A stretch of DNA of 64,000 nucleotides from an uncultured Verrucomicrobiae bacterium (GTDB lineage Bacteria > Verrucomicrobiota > Verrucomicrobiia > Chthoniobacterales > UBA10450). The stretch is taken from assembly GCA_963726745.1 (NCBI GenBank), contig CAVSDR010000006.1, positions 384,001-448,000 on the forward strand, read 5' to 3'. Below, in pieces: positions 29,854 to 42,774 of the stretch. The position numbers and the translations under genes are program-made. The notes beneath the pieces were generated by a model that saw only the letters and a list, made by a program, of their open reading frames with translations, was not told where the DNA came from and did no database searches. The number at the start of each line of letters is the position of its first letter. Position 1 is the stretch's first letter.

Positions 29854-30567
29854 TTAGACCCCGCCGTAGCGGCGCTGGCGCCGGCCGTATTCCTCCACCG
29901 CGGCGCGGAGGTCGGCGCGGTTGAAATCGGGCCAGAGCTTCGGGGTGATGAACATCTCGGTGTAGGAAAGCTGCCAGAGCAGGAAGTTTGAAATCCGCAT
30001 CTCGCCGGAGGTGCGAATGAGTAAATCCGGGTCGGGATAATAGCGCGTGTAGAGATGTTTCCCGAAGGTCTCGGGATCGATCATGGCGCTGTCTAAATGT
30101 CCCGCCTCGACCTCGCGCAGGAGGCTCTTGACCGCATCCACGATCTCCAACCGGCCGCCGTAGCTGAGCGCGAGCACGAGCGTGAGACCGTTGTTGCCCG
30201 CGGTTTTCTCGATCGATCGATGCAGCTGCCGCTGACAGCTCGCTGGCAAATCAGTCAGCCGGCCGATCGCCTGCAGGCGGACGTTTTTCTCCAGCAATTC
30301 AGGCGTCTTCTCCTTCAGGAACTTTTCCAGCAGATGCATCAAGGCCGAGACTTCCATCTTCGGCCGCTGCCAGTTCTCCGCGGAGAAAGCGTAGAGCGTG
30401 AGGAACTCGATCTTCAGCTCGCCGCAGCCCTCGACGCACTCGCGCACGGCTTCCGCGCCTTGTTCGTGACCCTTGATCCGCGGCAGCCCACGCTCCTTCG
30501 CCCAGCGGCCGTTGCCGTCCATGATAATGGCGACGTGGCGCGGGATCGTCGACGGAATCTCGGCCAT
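29854..30567 (-). CDS. uppS: Undecaprenyl diphosphate synthase
   Basis: HVAIIMDGNGRWA, YAFSAENWQRP, DLLIRTSGEMRISNFLLWQ. Confidence 0.96.
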   Translation of the reverse strand: MAEIPSTIPRHVAIIMDGNGRWAKERGLPRIKGHEQGAEAVRECVEGCGELKIEFLTLYAFSAENWQRPKMEVSALMHLLEKFLKEKTPELLEKNVRLQAIGRLTDLPASCQRQLHRSIEKTAGNNGLTLVLALSYGGRLEIVDAVKSLLREVEAGHLDSAMIDPETFGKHLYTRYYPDPDLLIRTSGEMRISNFLLWQLSYTEMFITPKLWPDFNRADLRAAVEEYGRRQRRYGGV

Positions 30568-30572
30568 GCGCG

Positions 30573-32821
<2,249 letters not shown>

Positions 32822-32961
32822 GCTATTGGGCGAGACCGGGCCAAGCTAGAAGGCGGCCCGGAAAGCGCAAGCCGCTCGCCGTTGGCCTGAAACGCGCTAT
32901 CCTTGGCGCTCGCAAAGACGCGCTCGACGCCTCGTGGCGTGGGCCCTCTTGCCTCTAGATT

Positions 32962-34107
32962 TTGAAAGTGACTTACGATTATCTCATCGTCGGCGCCGGT
33001 TACGCGGGCAGCGTGCTGGCCGAGCGCCTCGCGAGCGACGCCGGCAAGAAAGTCCTCGTGGTCGATCGCCGGCCGCACATCGCGGGCAATGCCTACGACC
33101 ACACCGATGCCGCCGGCTTGCTGGTGCATAAATACGGCCCGCACATCTTCCACACGAACTCGAAAGAGGTCTTCGATTACCTCTCGCGCTTCACCGCGTG
33201 GCGGAAATTTGAGCATCGCGTGCTCGCTTTGGTCGAGGGCAAGTTGCTGCCTATTCCGATCAATCTCGACACCGTGAATCAGCTTTACGGGAAGAACCTC
33301 GACTCCGCCGGGCTGGAGAAATTCTTCGAGAGCGTGCGCGAACCGGTGGCCAATATCCGGACGTCGGAAGACGTGGTCGTGAGCACGGTCGGGCGCGATC
33401 TCTACGAGAAATTTTTCCGCGGTTACACCCGCAAACAATGGGGCCTCGATCCCTCCGAGCTCGGCGCGCAGGTGACCGCGCGCATCCCCACGCGCACGAA
33501 CCGGGACGATCGTTATTTTGGCGACACCTACCAGTCGATGCCGCTGCATGGCTTCACCCGCATGTTCGAAAACATGCTCGACCACGAGAACATCACCGTG
33601 CAGCTGAACACCGATTACCGCGACGTGAAGGATGCTGTCTCTTACCGTTCGATGATCTACAGCGGACCGATCGATGAGTTCTTCGATTTCCGTTTTGGCA
33701 AGCTGCCGTATCGCTCGCTCGAGTTTCGCCATGAGACGCACGACCGCGAATTTTTCCAGTCACGTCCGGTGGTGAATTACCCGAACGACTTCGACTACAC
33801 GCGCATCACCGAGTTCAAATACCTCACCGGCCAGGAGCACCCGAAGACGAGCATTGTCTACGAGTATCCGCGCTCCGAAGGCGACCCGTATTACCCGATC
33901 CCGCGGCCGCAAAACGCCGAGCTCAATGCGAAATACCAGGCGCTGGTGAATGAGACGCCCGGGCTGCACTTCGTCGGCCGGCTCGCTTCGTATCGCTATT
34001 ACAACATGGACCAGGTGGTCGCGCAGGCGCTCACGCTTTACTCGAAAATCCGCGGCGAAAAGCGCGGCGCCCGCACGTCGGCCGCGGACGCCGTCGCCAC
34101 GCGCTAA
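32962..34107 (+). CDS. glf: UDP-galactopyranose mutase
   Basis: VGAGYAG, HKYGPHIFHT, YTRKQWG, RITEFKYLTGQ, GRLASYRYYNMDQ. Confidence 0.97.
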   Translation: MKVTYDYLIVGAGYAGSVLAERLASDAGKKVLVVDRRPHIAGNAYDHTDAAGLLVHKYGPHIFHTNSKEVFDYLSRFTAWRKFEHRVLALVEGKLLPIPINLDTVNQLYGKNLDSAGLEKFFESVREPVANIRTSEDVVVSTVGRDLYEKFFRGYTRKQWGLDPSELGAQVTARIPTRTNRDDRYFGDTYQSMPLHGFTRMFENMLDHENITVQLNTDYRDVKDAVSYRSMIYSGPIDEFFDFRFGKLPYRSLEFRHETHDREFFQSRPVVNYPNDFDYTRITEFKYLTGQEHPKTSIVYEYPRSEGDPYYPIPRPQNAELNAKYQALVNETPGLHFVGRLASYRYYNMDQVVAQALTLYSKIRGEKRGARTSAADAVATR

Positions 34108-34122
34108 CGACTCCCCACGCGC

Positions 34123-34619
34123 ATGGCCATCCGCATTCTCGTCACCGGCGGCACCTTCGATAAGGAATACGACGAGCTCAGCGGCCGGCTCTATTTCAAG
34201 GACAGCCACATGGCCGAGATGCTGCGGCTCGGGCGCTCGCGGGTGGAAGTGACCATCCGCACCGTGATGATGATCGACAGCCTGGAGATGACCGACGGCC
34301 GACCGTGCGCTCATCGTGCAGAACTGCGTTAGCGCCGAGGAAAACCAGATCGTGATCACGCACGGAACCGACACCATGACCGAAACCGCCGCCGCGATTG
34401 CGCGCGAAGTCGATCGGCAAAACCATCGTCCTGACCGGCGCGATGATTCCCTACGCCTTCGGCAGCTCCGATGGGCTCTTCAATTTAGGCAGCGCTTTGT
34501 CCTTCGTGCAGGTGCTCCCGCCCGGCGTCTACGTGGCCATGAACGGCCAGGCCTTCCCGTGGGACCGCGTGCGCAAGAATCGCGAACGCGGCGAGTTCGA
34601 GGAAATCCCCGCCGCTTAA
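34123..34619 (+). CDS. Short asparaginase-domain protein (frameshifts near 34298 and 34415)
   Basis: TGGTFDK, then ITHGTDTM, then VLTGAMIP...FNLG, in three successive frames. Confidence 0.85.
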
Positions 34620-34679
34620 GAGCGGGACGCGCACGACCGTTGTGCGCGAATTCTTTTCCAGCTACACTCCGCGGCTCGC

Positions 34680-35510
34680 ATGACCTCACACGCCCCAGAG
34701 TTGATCATCGAAGCCGGGCATACCGAGCGGAATTACTGGCGCGATCTCTTTCGCTACCGCGAGCTCTTTTACTTCCTCGCCTGGCGCGACGTGCTCGTGC
34801 GCTACAAGCAAACCGTCATCGGCATTCTCTGGGCGGTCCTGCGGCCGCTGCTCACGATGATGGTTTTCACCTTCGTCTTCAGCCGCATCGCCAAGCTCCC
34901 GGCCGACGGCGTCCCCTACCCGGTGATGGTCTTCGCCGCGATGCTTCCGTGGCAGCTCTTCGCCACCTCGCTCAGCGAAGGCAGCGGCAGCCTGATCAAC
35001 AACGCCAACCTGATCTCAAAAGTCTACTTCCCGCGCCTGATCGTCCCCGCGAGCGCCGTCATCGTTTCTTTCGTCGACTTCGCCATCTCCATGGTCCTGC
35101 TCGCCATCTTGATGGCTATTTACCAAGTCTGGCCCGGCTGGCCGGTGCTCATGCTGCCGGTTTTCACTCTGCTCGCCCTGCTCGCCTCCGCCGGCGCCGG
35201 CATCTGGCTCGCGGCCCTGAACGTGAAATACCGCGACTTCCGCTACGTGGTCCCGTTCATCGTCCAGTTCGGCCTCTACATTTCGCCGGTTGGTTTTAGC
35301 AGCAACATCGTCCCGGAAAAGCTCCGTCTGCTTTACGCCCTCAACCCCATGGTCGGCGTGATCGACGGCTTCCGCTGGTCCGTCTCCCAAGGCCGCACCC
35401 CCTTTCCCACCGACAGCCTCGCGCTCTCTCTCATCACCGTCGCGTTCCTCCTCGTCACCGGCATCTGGTACTTCCGCAAAACCGAGCGCACCTTCGCGGA
35501 TGTGATCTGA
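34680..35510 (+). CDS. wzm: ABC-2 polysaccharide export permease (Wzm/TagG)
   Basis: RYKQTVIGILWAVLRP, KVYFPR, NVKYRD, LNPMVGVIDGFRW, ERTFADVI. Confidence 0.93.
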   Translation: MTSHAPELIIEAGHTERNYWRDLFRYRELFYFLAWRDVLVRYKQTVIGILWAVLRPLLTMMVFTFVFSRIAKLPADGVPYPVMVFAAMLPWQLFATSLSEGSGSLINNANLISKVYFPRLIVPASAVIVSFVDFAISMVLLAILMAIYQVWPGWPVLMLPVFTLLALLASAGAGIWLAALNVKYRDFRYVVPFIVQFGLYISPVGFSSNIVPEKLRLLYALNPMVGVIDGFRWSVSQGRTPFPTDSLALSLITVAFLLVTGIWYFRKTERTFADVI

Positions 35511-35583
35511 AGGGGCATTTCTGGCCTGGTCCCATGCCCAGAATTGGCGACGGTTTACGCAAGCCTCTGGATGACGCGAACCC

Positions 35584-36510
35584 TTGCCTTTGTCCCGGTG
35601 GTCTTTACCTTCAGCACCTTTTGCCGTGAGCGCTTCTCCTGAAAATCTGGCACGCACCTTCGAGGCGTTCGACACCGTGGACCGCTGTCCCGGATGTGGC
35701 AGCAAGGCCATTCAAACGAAGTTTTCTCCGGATATAGCGGAGTGTGAGAGCTGTGAGCTTTTATTTCGGAATCCGCGACCAACTCAGAACGAGATCGCGC
35801 GTTCATACAATACGGGCGCGACTTTCTCTGCCTGGCAGAATGAAGAGAAGATCCGCACCGAGATGTGGGCGCGACGTGCTGAGATCGTGGGCCGGTTTGC
35901 TCGATCGGGTCGACTGCTCGACATCGGGACCGGCGACGGCAAGTTCCTCCAGATCTGTCGCGAGCGCGGTTACGAGGTCACGGGGACTGAGGTTTCGGAA
36001 ACGGGCGCCGCTTACGCCCTCGGGCAAGGGTTTGACGTGCGGATGGGACAGTTCATTGATTTGGATCTGCCCGGTGGCTACTTCGACATCGTTACCATCT
36101 GGCACGTGCTCGAGCATGTGCCCGACCCGGGCGCGGTGCTCAGGAAGGCCCGGGAAGTTTTAAAACCGGATGGGCTCCTGATCGTGGCGGTGCCGAACGA
36201 GGAAAACTTCTTTGTGCGCCGAAGGCTCGGCCTTCCGATCCACCTAAACCCGTTCGGGCCTCTCCCGTTTGGAGGCGAAATTCACCTCAATTACTTCCGT
36301 CCGACGACGCTGCAGCGGACCCTCGCGGGCGCCGGCTTCGGCTTGCTCGAGTTTGGCGTGGACGACATCTACAGCCAGCGAGATGTCACCATGCGAGCGA
36401 AGCGTGGTTTGCAAAGACTCCTGGCCAGAAGCTTTCGCTGGCACTTCGCGGTCGCGATGTATGCCGCCTGCCGTAACCAGGGAATGCAGGCAGCCACGAC
36501 AGCGCTATGA
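35584..36510 (+). CDS. Class I SAM-dependent methyltransferase with N-terminal Zn ribbon
   Basis: CPGC...CESC, LLDIGTGDG, WHVLEHVPDP. Start uncertain (35584 or GTG ~35626). Confidence 0.85.
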   Translation: MPLSRWSLPSAPFAVSASPENLARTFEAFDTVDRCPGCGSKAIQTKFSPDIAECESCELLFRNPRPTQNEIARSYNTGATFSAWQNEEKIRTEMWARRAEIVGRFARSGRLLDIGTGDGKFLQICRERGYEVTGTEVSETGAAYALGQGFDVRMGQFIDLDLPGGYFDIVTIWHVLEHVPDPGAVLRKAREVLKPDGLLIVAVPNEENFFVRRRLGLPIHLNPFGPLPFGGEIHLNYFRPTTLQRTLAGAGFGLLEFGVDDIYSQRDVTMRAKRGLQRLLARSFRWHFAVAMYAACRNQGMQAATTAL

Positions 36511-37895
36511 CCTATCTCACCTTGGCGCTGCTGCGCGTGCGCGCTCTCCCCGCTCGCCTCGTGCAGTCGGCGGTGATCTGGATTTGGGCGGTCACCGCGA
36601 TCCGGCTGGCTAATTTCGTCCTCATCCTGCCGATCGCCCTGCGAGCACTCTCCAGCGAAGCCATTGGCCTCTGGTATCTGATGCTCAACATCGTCGGCCT
36701 GGTCACGCTGGTGGAGTTTGGCCTCTCGGCTGCCATCTCGCGTCAGGGGACTTTCTTCTGGGCTGGGACAGGCGACGACGAGAATACGTCCGGCGCCCGG
36801 GGTCCTAATTGGCGCGGCCTGCGCGGGCTGATCGAACTTGCCGGGAAGGTCTATGCTCTCCTGGGGTGGGTCAGTTTGCTCGCTTGCATCGCTGGCGCCG
36901 TCACTTTAGCGCTGACTCATTCGGCAGCGATGCTCCAGCCCTCTTCGCTGGCGGCCTATGGAATGTTGAGTTTTGCTGCCGTCCTGCGCATGCGTGGGCT
37001 GTTTTGGAACCCGCTGCTCTTCGGAATGCAGCGGGTACGCGAGTCGCAGCAGATTCAGTTCACCGCCATCCTCTTGTCTTACGCGGTTTCGCTTGGGGGC
37101 CTTTTGCTTGGCGGAAAGCTTTTAGCGCTCGCTTCCGGCCAAGTGTTGCTCCTTTTGTATCCGTTGTATCGCTCCCGCTACATCGTACGGAAGGAGATGC
37201 CGGAAATCTTCCGTCACGTCGCGGCGTCGGTGGACTGGCGGCCCATCTGGTCGGCTACTTGGCGCGCCGGGGCAACCGTCCTCGGTTCCTGGCTGGGAAC
37301 GCAGGGACTCGTATTTGCCTGCGGCCAGACTGCGGGCTTGAGCATCTCCGCCAGCTTCGCCATCAGCACGCTCGTGGCCTACACCGTGCACTACGCGGCG
37401 CAAAGCTGGCTCCTGGCGAAATACCCAACGATCAGTTCTATGTGGGCCACTTCCGACCGAGTCGGCATTGTGCGTTTGGCCAGTCGTCGAATTGCATTTT
37501 CGGTCGCGACTTACGTGGTGGCCGCAGCAGCGGCATGGTTTGCTTTGCCTAAGCTCTTGATCTTGGTCGGCTCCCGCACTTCTGCGCTGCCACCTGGTTA
37601 TCTCGCAGCCCTCTTCGCTGCGGCCGGCCTTGATCTGTTTGTCGCGCTGCACTCTTCTGTGCTCACGAGTTGCAACCTTTTCCCTCACCTCAAGGTAATG
37701 GTTGCGGGCGGCATTTTGACCATCATAACTGCGTTCATCCTCGGACACTGGTTTGGCGTTGCCGGCGTCCTCGCAGCCCCTCTCATTTGTCAGGGTTGCA
37801 CCACGCTCTGGGCAGTACCGTTAATCTGTTGGCGGACGATCGTGGGCGCCCTACGTCCCTTCCGTGCGCAGACCTTCACCACTGTCACAACCTAA
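36507..37895 (+). CDS. Wzx-like polysaccharide flippase (MOP superfamily)
   Basis: Many TM segments, IGLWY...LVEFGLS pattern, within a polysaccharide locus. Confidence 0.7.
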   Translation: MTYLTLALLRVRALPARLVQSAVIWIWAVTAIRLANFVLILPIALRALSSEAIGLWYLMLNIVGLVTLVEFGLSAAISRQGTFFWAGTGDDENTSGARGPNWRGLRGLIELAGKVYALLGWVSLLACIAGAVTLALTHSAAMLQPSSLAAYGMLSFAAVLRMRGLFWNPLLFGMQRVRESQQIQFTAILLSYAVSLGGLLLGGKLLALASGQVLLLLYPLYRSRYIVRKEMPEIFRHVAASVDWRPIWSATWRAGATVLGSWLGTQGLVFACGQTAGLSISASFAISTLVAYTVHYAAQSWLLAKYPTISSMWATSDRVGIVRLASRRIAFSVATYVVAAAAAWFALPKLLILVGSRTSALPPGYLAALFAAAGLDLFVALHSSVLTSCNLFPHLKVMVAGGILTIITAFILGHWFGVAGVLAAPLICQGCTTLWAVPLICWRTIVGALRPFRAQTFTTVTT

Positions 37896-37908
37896 GAGTG
37901 CCGGGCCT

Positions 37909-38574
37909 TTGAACTTCAACGAATACAATTTCAATCCTTTTCAGTTCACTCCCTCGGAGGAACTACTTCTCGACGTTCACCGCCGGCACGTGCCCTTTTT
38001 TGCAGGATGCCGGATGGTCCTCGATCTGGGCTCAGGCCGGGGCTTGTTTTTGCGCGAACTCGCCAAGGCTTCGATCAAGGGCATCGGGATCGAAAATCAC
38101 CGCGAATCCATCGCCGAGGGACAGGCCCACGGCGTGCAATACTTCGAATCGGATATCTTTGAGTTTTTCTCCAGCGAAGCGGGACAAAAAGTGGCCCGGC
38201 AATGCGACGGCGTTTATTGCTGCTTTGTGCTCGAGCACCTGGATCCGGAGGAGGTGTTCCGATTGTTGCGCGCCATCAAGAGCGCCTGCGCGTCAGACGT
38301 TCGCTGCCGTTTTATTACCCACAATCCCGAAGACATTGATGCCTTGGGGACATGTCTTTACAGCGATCTTACTCACAAAAGACTTTATCCTCCGGCGATT
38401 CTTGCGGCGATGGCTCGGAGCCAGGGTTTCTGCCGCACTGAGTTTGCCACTTTCCTCGGAATCCGGTTAGGCATGCGCGATCAGATTCGGCGTGCCTGGG
38501 ACCGCCTCTTCTGGGGGAAGCACAAATGGCGACCGAATTACCATCTCGATTGCTTTGCCTCGAACGGCCGCTAA
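37909..38574 (+). CDS. Class I SAM-dependent methyltransferase
   Basis: VLDLGSGRG, FVLEHL, DLTHKRLY. Start approximate (TTG). Confidence 0.8.
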   Translation: MNFNEYNFNPFQFTPSEELLLDVHRRHVPFFAGCRMVLDLGSGRGLFLRELAKASIKGIGIENHRESIAEGQAHGVQYFESDIFEFFSSEAGQKVARQCDGVYCCFVLEHLDPEEVFRLLRAIKSACASDVRCRFITHNPEDIDALGTCLYSDLTHKRLYPPAILAAMARSQGFCRTEFATFLGIRLGMRDQIRRAWDRLFWGKHKWRPNYHLDCFASNGR

Positions 38575-38576
38575 GC

Positions 38577-39314
38577 ATGGACGCCAGCCATTTTTATTAC
38601 CTCAAGCGGTTTTTGCGGCTCTGCGACTCCCGCTTTTGCCGCCGCCAGGAAAGCGTCCACTTCGGCGGAGAAGATTTTCGATTTTTCGAGACCTACTGGT
38701 GGCCAAATGCCTCTCAGCCAATCTTCGAACAGGAGATTGGTCCTTACTTCGAGGTTCTGGACTCCATCTTGCTCAATCCTTCTCTGGTTCTGGACGTCGG
38801 CGCCGCTTCCGGTCACTTTGCCATTCCAATCGCCCGCCGCTTTCCGGAGGCACGGGTGATCTGCTTTGAGCCCGCCTTACGTCAACGCTTACTACTGAAG
38901 CGCAACGCAGCGTTAAATAAGATTACCAACTTTCAGGTGGAATCGGTGGGACTGTGGAACAAGCAAGACCTCCTGGCCTTTCGCACTAATGGCGCCGAAA
39001 GCTCATTCGCTTCCGTCAGTCGCTTTGCCGGAAGTCTTCCCTTCCCCGAACAAGTCCCGGTCATCACCTTGGACCAGTGGGCCAGCGAGCATCGGATTTC
39101 GTCGTTGGACTTGCTCAAGGCTGACGTTGAAGGCGCCGAACTGGCCATGCTCGAAGGCGGCCGGGAGACACTCCAAAAGTTTCATCCGCAGCTTCTGATC
39201 CAGGCTTATCATACAGTCGATGGTAGCCGGACCTTCGAGCGCTGCGCCGCTTTCGTCGAAAAGCTCGGCTATCGCGTTGCGGAACCCCATCCGGGTTTGC
39301 TTTATGCGAGCTGA
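38577..39314 (+). CDS. FkbM-family methyltransferase
   Basis: LDVGAASG, CFEP, TLD, LKADVEGAE. Confidence 0.88.
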   Translation: MDASHFYYLKRFLRLCDSRFCRRQESVHFGGEDFRFFETYWWPNASQPIFEQEIGPYFEVLDSILLNPSLVLDVGAASGHFAIPIARRFPEARVICFEPALRQRLLLKRNAALNKITNFQVESVGLWNKQDLLAFRTNGAESSFASVSRFAGSLPFPEQVPVITLDQWASEHRISSLDLLKADVEGAELAMLEGGRETLQKFHPQLLIQAYHTVDGSRTFERCAAFVEKLGYRVAEPHPGLLYAS

Positions 39315-40417
39315 AGGCAATGGCGGAGAACCATCAGTCGTCTACTTTGTCAGCGGCGATATTTACCAAATATCGACCGGCGGAACACTGTGCGATCGCA
39401 TGGTGGTCGACGAACTTCGCCGGAATTACAGGGTCCGTATAGTCATTCCCCAGAGCCGGTTTTTCGCGAGCTTTCAGCGTCCGCTGTTAGTCGGATTACT
39501 TAATAACGCTCGGAACCTTACCCTGCGATTCCCCAAGGGATCGCTTGTCTTCGTCGACCACGGGATCTACCGCGATCTTTTCCTGGTCGCGCAATTGTGG
39601 AGGTTCCTTTACCGCTGTCGCGTCGTCGCCTTGGTCTACCACCTCGATTACACGGTCGCAGAGGTGAAAGGAGGGCGACGGCTGCGGCGACTGGTGGAGA
39701 AGATGATGGTGCGTGTTTACGATTTTGTCCTAACGATCAGCAAGAGCACCACCGAACAACTCCTGGCGTTGAACTACCCGCCGGAGCAGATCTCTAGGAT
39801 CCCGGTTAGCCGACGCTTTCAGCCTGGGACCCTTGACCGCCCACGGAGGAACCAGGCGGGGCCAACACGCATGCTCTTTGTGGGCACGGTCCAGCCCCGG
39901 AAGGGGGTCCACGACGCGATCGCTGCTGCGGGCTCACTGTTCGGAGGAATATCCAATCGTCCTCCAGATAGTCGGCGATTTTGATCCGCAGTCCGCTTAC
40001 TACCAAAACCTGCTGCAAGCCGCAGCGGAGTTCCCAAAGTTGCAGGTAGAGCTTCCCGGAAGAGTAAGCCAAGACGAACTTTCCGCCTATTTCCGAGCCG
40101 CGGATGTCTTTATCTTCCCAAGCCAGTGGGAAGGCTATGGCATCGCCATTGAAGAGGCCATGTGTTTTGGACTTCCTGTCGTGGCTTACAACGCCGGCTC
40201 GGTGGCGGAATTGGTGGAAGATGGCACCACCGGCTGGCTAGTAGCGCCAGACGACCTCGCCGCTTTAACCGAAGCGGTTCGCGAGTGTGTCCAGGATATC
40301 GCCGAACGCGAGCGTCGCGGGAAGGCCGGCCTTGAGAAAGCGCGCCTGCTTACGGAGGGGCAAGACCTTGGCAAGATTCTAGAGGAAGCAATCGCTGCTG
40401 CTTCATGTGCAAATTGA
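39304..40417 (+). CDS. GT4 glycosyltransferase (frameshift near 39935)
   Basis: STGGTLCD...LFVGTVQPRKG, then FPSQWEGYGIAIEEAM. Confidence 0.85.
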
Positions 40418-41571
40418 TGTCGCCGTCTGCAAAGCTGGTTATCGACGGTCTCCCGCTGTTTAATCCTGCAGTTGGCCTTGGCGCCTACACTCTACGACTT
40501 ATTGAGGGACTGCTGAGACATGCCCCGAGTCTGCCGTTCCAAGTGGTCGTTCCTTCCTGGATCGCCGTGCCTTCGACCTTACCTAATGAGGCAGTCATTC
40601 GACTTTCGGGAGCGCCCCAGTTTAACAACCCTCTGCTCACAGCAATCTTCTGGGGCTTCCGAGTCACTCAATTCGCGGCCAACCTGCCGCCTGAATGTGT
40701 CTTCCACGCGCCGGCTCCGATCACAGGTCTACGGCATGCCCGGATTACCGTAGTCACCATCCACGACGTTCTCTATCGAACACTTCCCGGTTACTTTGGC
40801 CGTTTTGGCATCCGCAAAAGCTACCTGCTTGCGACTGAGCGCTACGCCGCGAACTCATCAATGGTCTTTACGCAAAGCGCCTACAGCCGTCACGACATCG
40901 TTGCCAAAACAAGAATTCCCGAAACTAAGGTGCAGATACTTTCTCCATGGCCGTCACGCGCATTTTTTGAATTAGAATCCGTGGATGAGCGAACCGAATC
41001 GGTCCGCCGCCGGCTCGGATTGCCCCTGCGATACTGGCTTTACCTTGGCGGATACGATCGCCGGAAAAATGTGGAATTCTTAGTCAAGGCTTACGCGCAA
41101 GCGCGTCGGCAAATTCGTTCACTTCCGCCGCTCGTCCTGGCAGGAGACATTCCCTCCCAACGCCATGGCATGATTTGCGATGTCGCCGGGACCATCAGGA
41201 GCACTAAGCTCTCCGCGGAAACTATCTTTTTAGCCGGGGCAATCGAGAACGCTGATCTTCCCTATGTTTATCGCGGAGCGTCACTGCTAGTTTATCCATC
41301 GTTAGCGGAAGGCTTCGGGCTGCCGCCGGTCGAGGCGATGGCCGTGGGGACACCGGTGCTCGTGGCCGATAACTCCAGCCTCCCCGAAGTCACCCGGAAT
41401 TCCCATTGCTTATTTAGCGCAAGCGATGAGGAATCTTTAGTCGACAAACTGGTGGCCGCCGCGACCGACGAAAGCCAGTTCCGGGTGTCGCTACCCCAGG
41501 AATACACCGAGGAACACGGAATCCACCGTTACCAGGTCCTGCTGGCAGAAGCGGCCCGGAAGGCGAAATGA
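40405..41571 (+). CDS. GT4 glycosyltransferase (MtfB-like)
   Basis: VVTIHD, LGGYDRRKN, YPSLAEGFGLPPVEAM. Confidence 0.9.
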   Translation: MCKLMSPSAKLVIDGLPLFNPAVGLGAYTLRLIEGLLRHAPSLPFQVVVPSWIAVPSTLPNEAVIRLSGAPQFNNPLLTAIFWGFRVTQFAANLPPECVFHAPAPITGLRHARITVVTIHDVLYRTLPGYFGRFGIRKSYLLATERYAANSSMVFTQSAYSRHDIVAKTRIPETKVQILSPWPSRAFFELESVDERTESVRRRLGLPLRYWLYLGGYDRRKNVEFLVKAYAQARRQIRSLPPLVLAGDIPSQRHGMICDVAGTIRSTKLSAETIFLAGAIENADLPYVYRGASLLVYPSLAEGFGLPPVEAMAVGTPVLVADNSSLPEVTRNSHCLFSASDEESLVDKLVAAATDESQFRVSLPQEYTEEHGIHRYQVLLAEAARKAK

Positions 41572-42698
41572 CTGCGCGGCTCAAAGTCGGCATTGACCTG
41601 GCCGCGATCGCTTTCCGGCACCGGGCTCCCGGCACGGCCGTGCACATTGCCAACCAGGCGATGGCATTGTTAAAGACGAAGGTGGATTGGGACTGGGTGC
41701 TTGTCGCAACACCCCGCGTGCTGGAAGACTCACCGGAGTTTGCGGCTTGGAACCCGATCATTGTGCCCGACATTCCCTTAAGCCTCCATGCGACCTTCCG
41801 GGTGGGATATCTTTGGGCGCGCGCCGGATGCGCCCTTGGGCTCGCGACAGTTTTTTTTGCGCCCGTATATGGTCCTCCGGTGGTGGTGAACTATTTCGAC
41901 GCGAGTGCGCATTTCACCCATGAATCGCCGCAATACACGATCAAGTTTCGCATCCTGCAGTTGCTCGCCACGTTTTCGCGTTGGCGTTCGCGCGCCTTGT
42001 TTATCCTCTCTGATTATGGACGACGCCGCATGCTCGAAGTGGCGCCCGCGACCGCTGGTAAATGGGTCGTGACCTACTGCGGCTGTCCCGCCATACCTCC
42101 AGCGCCCGCGCTGAGCCCTCCATGGGCTGCTTCTCTCCGTGACCGGCGATTCATTCTCTACAGTGGGGAGATGAACGAGAACAAAAATCAGCGGCGTTTG
42201 ATCGCTGCCTGGGATCTGGCTCGGCGGCGCCATCCGGATTTTCCCGCCTTGGTCTTGATTGGCCCGAGTGTCGCTGCTTACCGCCAAGATATCATCGAAG
42301 CGGCGCGGATGAAGACCGCGTTCCCGGATGAAGTCATCATCCCCGGCTACGTCCCACGATCCGAACTCGCATGGGCTTTCCGCAAGGCCCATGCCTATGT
42401 CCAGCCGTCATTCGCGGAGGGTTTTGGTTTGCCGATCATCGAAGCGATGAGCTGCGGCGTTCCGGTCGCCTGCTCAAATACGACAAGTCTCCCGGAAGTG
42501 GCCGGTGGAGCAGCGCTCCTCTTTGATCCCGCTAACGTGGAGGACATCGCCACCGTCCTGTCTGACTTGGTGAACGACGAGGAGCGGCGGCAGCAACTGC
42601 GGGCCGCCGGGACAATCCGTGCGCAAGACTTCACGTGGGAAGCACACGCCGCGATCGTGGCGGAGCGCATCCGCATCGAGTTGCAACGTCTTCGTTGA
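41568..42698 (+). CDS. GT4 glycosyltransferase (MtfB-like)
   Basis: ENKN, PSFAEGFGLPIIEAMSCG, FTWE. Confidence 0.9.
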   Translation: MTARLKVGIDLAAIAFRHRAPGTAVHIANQAMALLKTKVDWDWVLVATPRVLEDSPEFAAWNPIIVPDIPLSLHATFRVGYLWARAGCALGLATVFFAPVYGPPVVVNYFDASAHFTHESPQYTIKFRILQLLATFSRWRSRALFILSDYGRRRMLEVAPATAGKWVVTYCGCPAIPPAPALSPPWAASLRDRRFILYSGEMNENKNQRRLIAAWDLARRRHPDFPALVLIGPSVAAYRQDIIEAARMKTAFPDEVIIPGYVPRSELAWAFRKAHAYVQPSFAEGFGLPIIEAMSCGVPVACSNTTSLPEVAGGAALLFDPANVEDIATVLSDLVNDEERRQQLRAAGTIRAQDFTWEAHAAIVAERIRIELQRLR

Positions 42699-42774
42699 AG
42701 CGGAAAACGTCCTCGCCGGCGCTGGACGGACGTGGCAGGGTTCGCCTAATCCGGCCAGGTTGCCGGGTCCTGCG

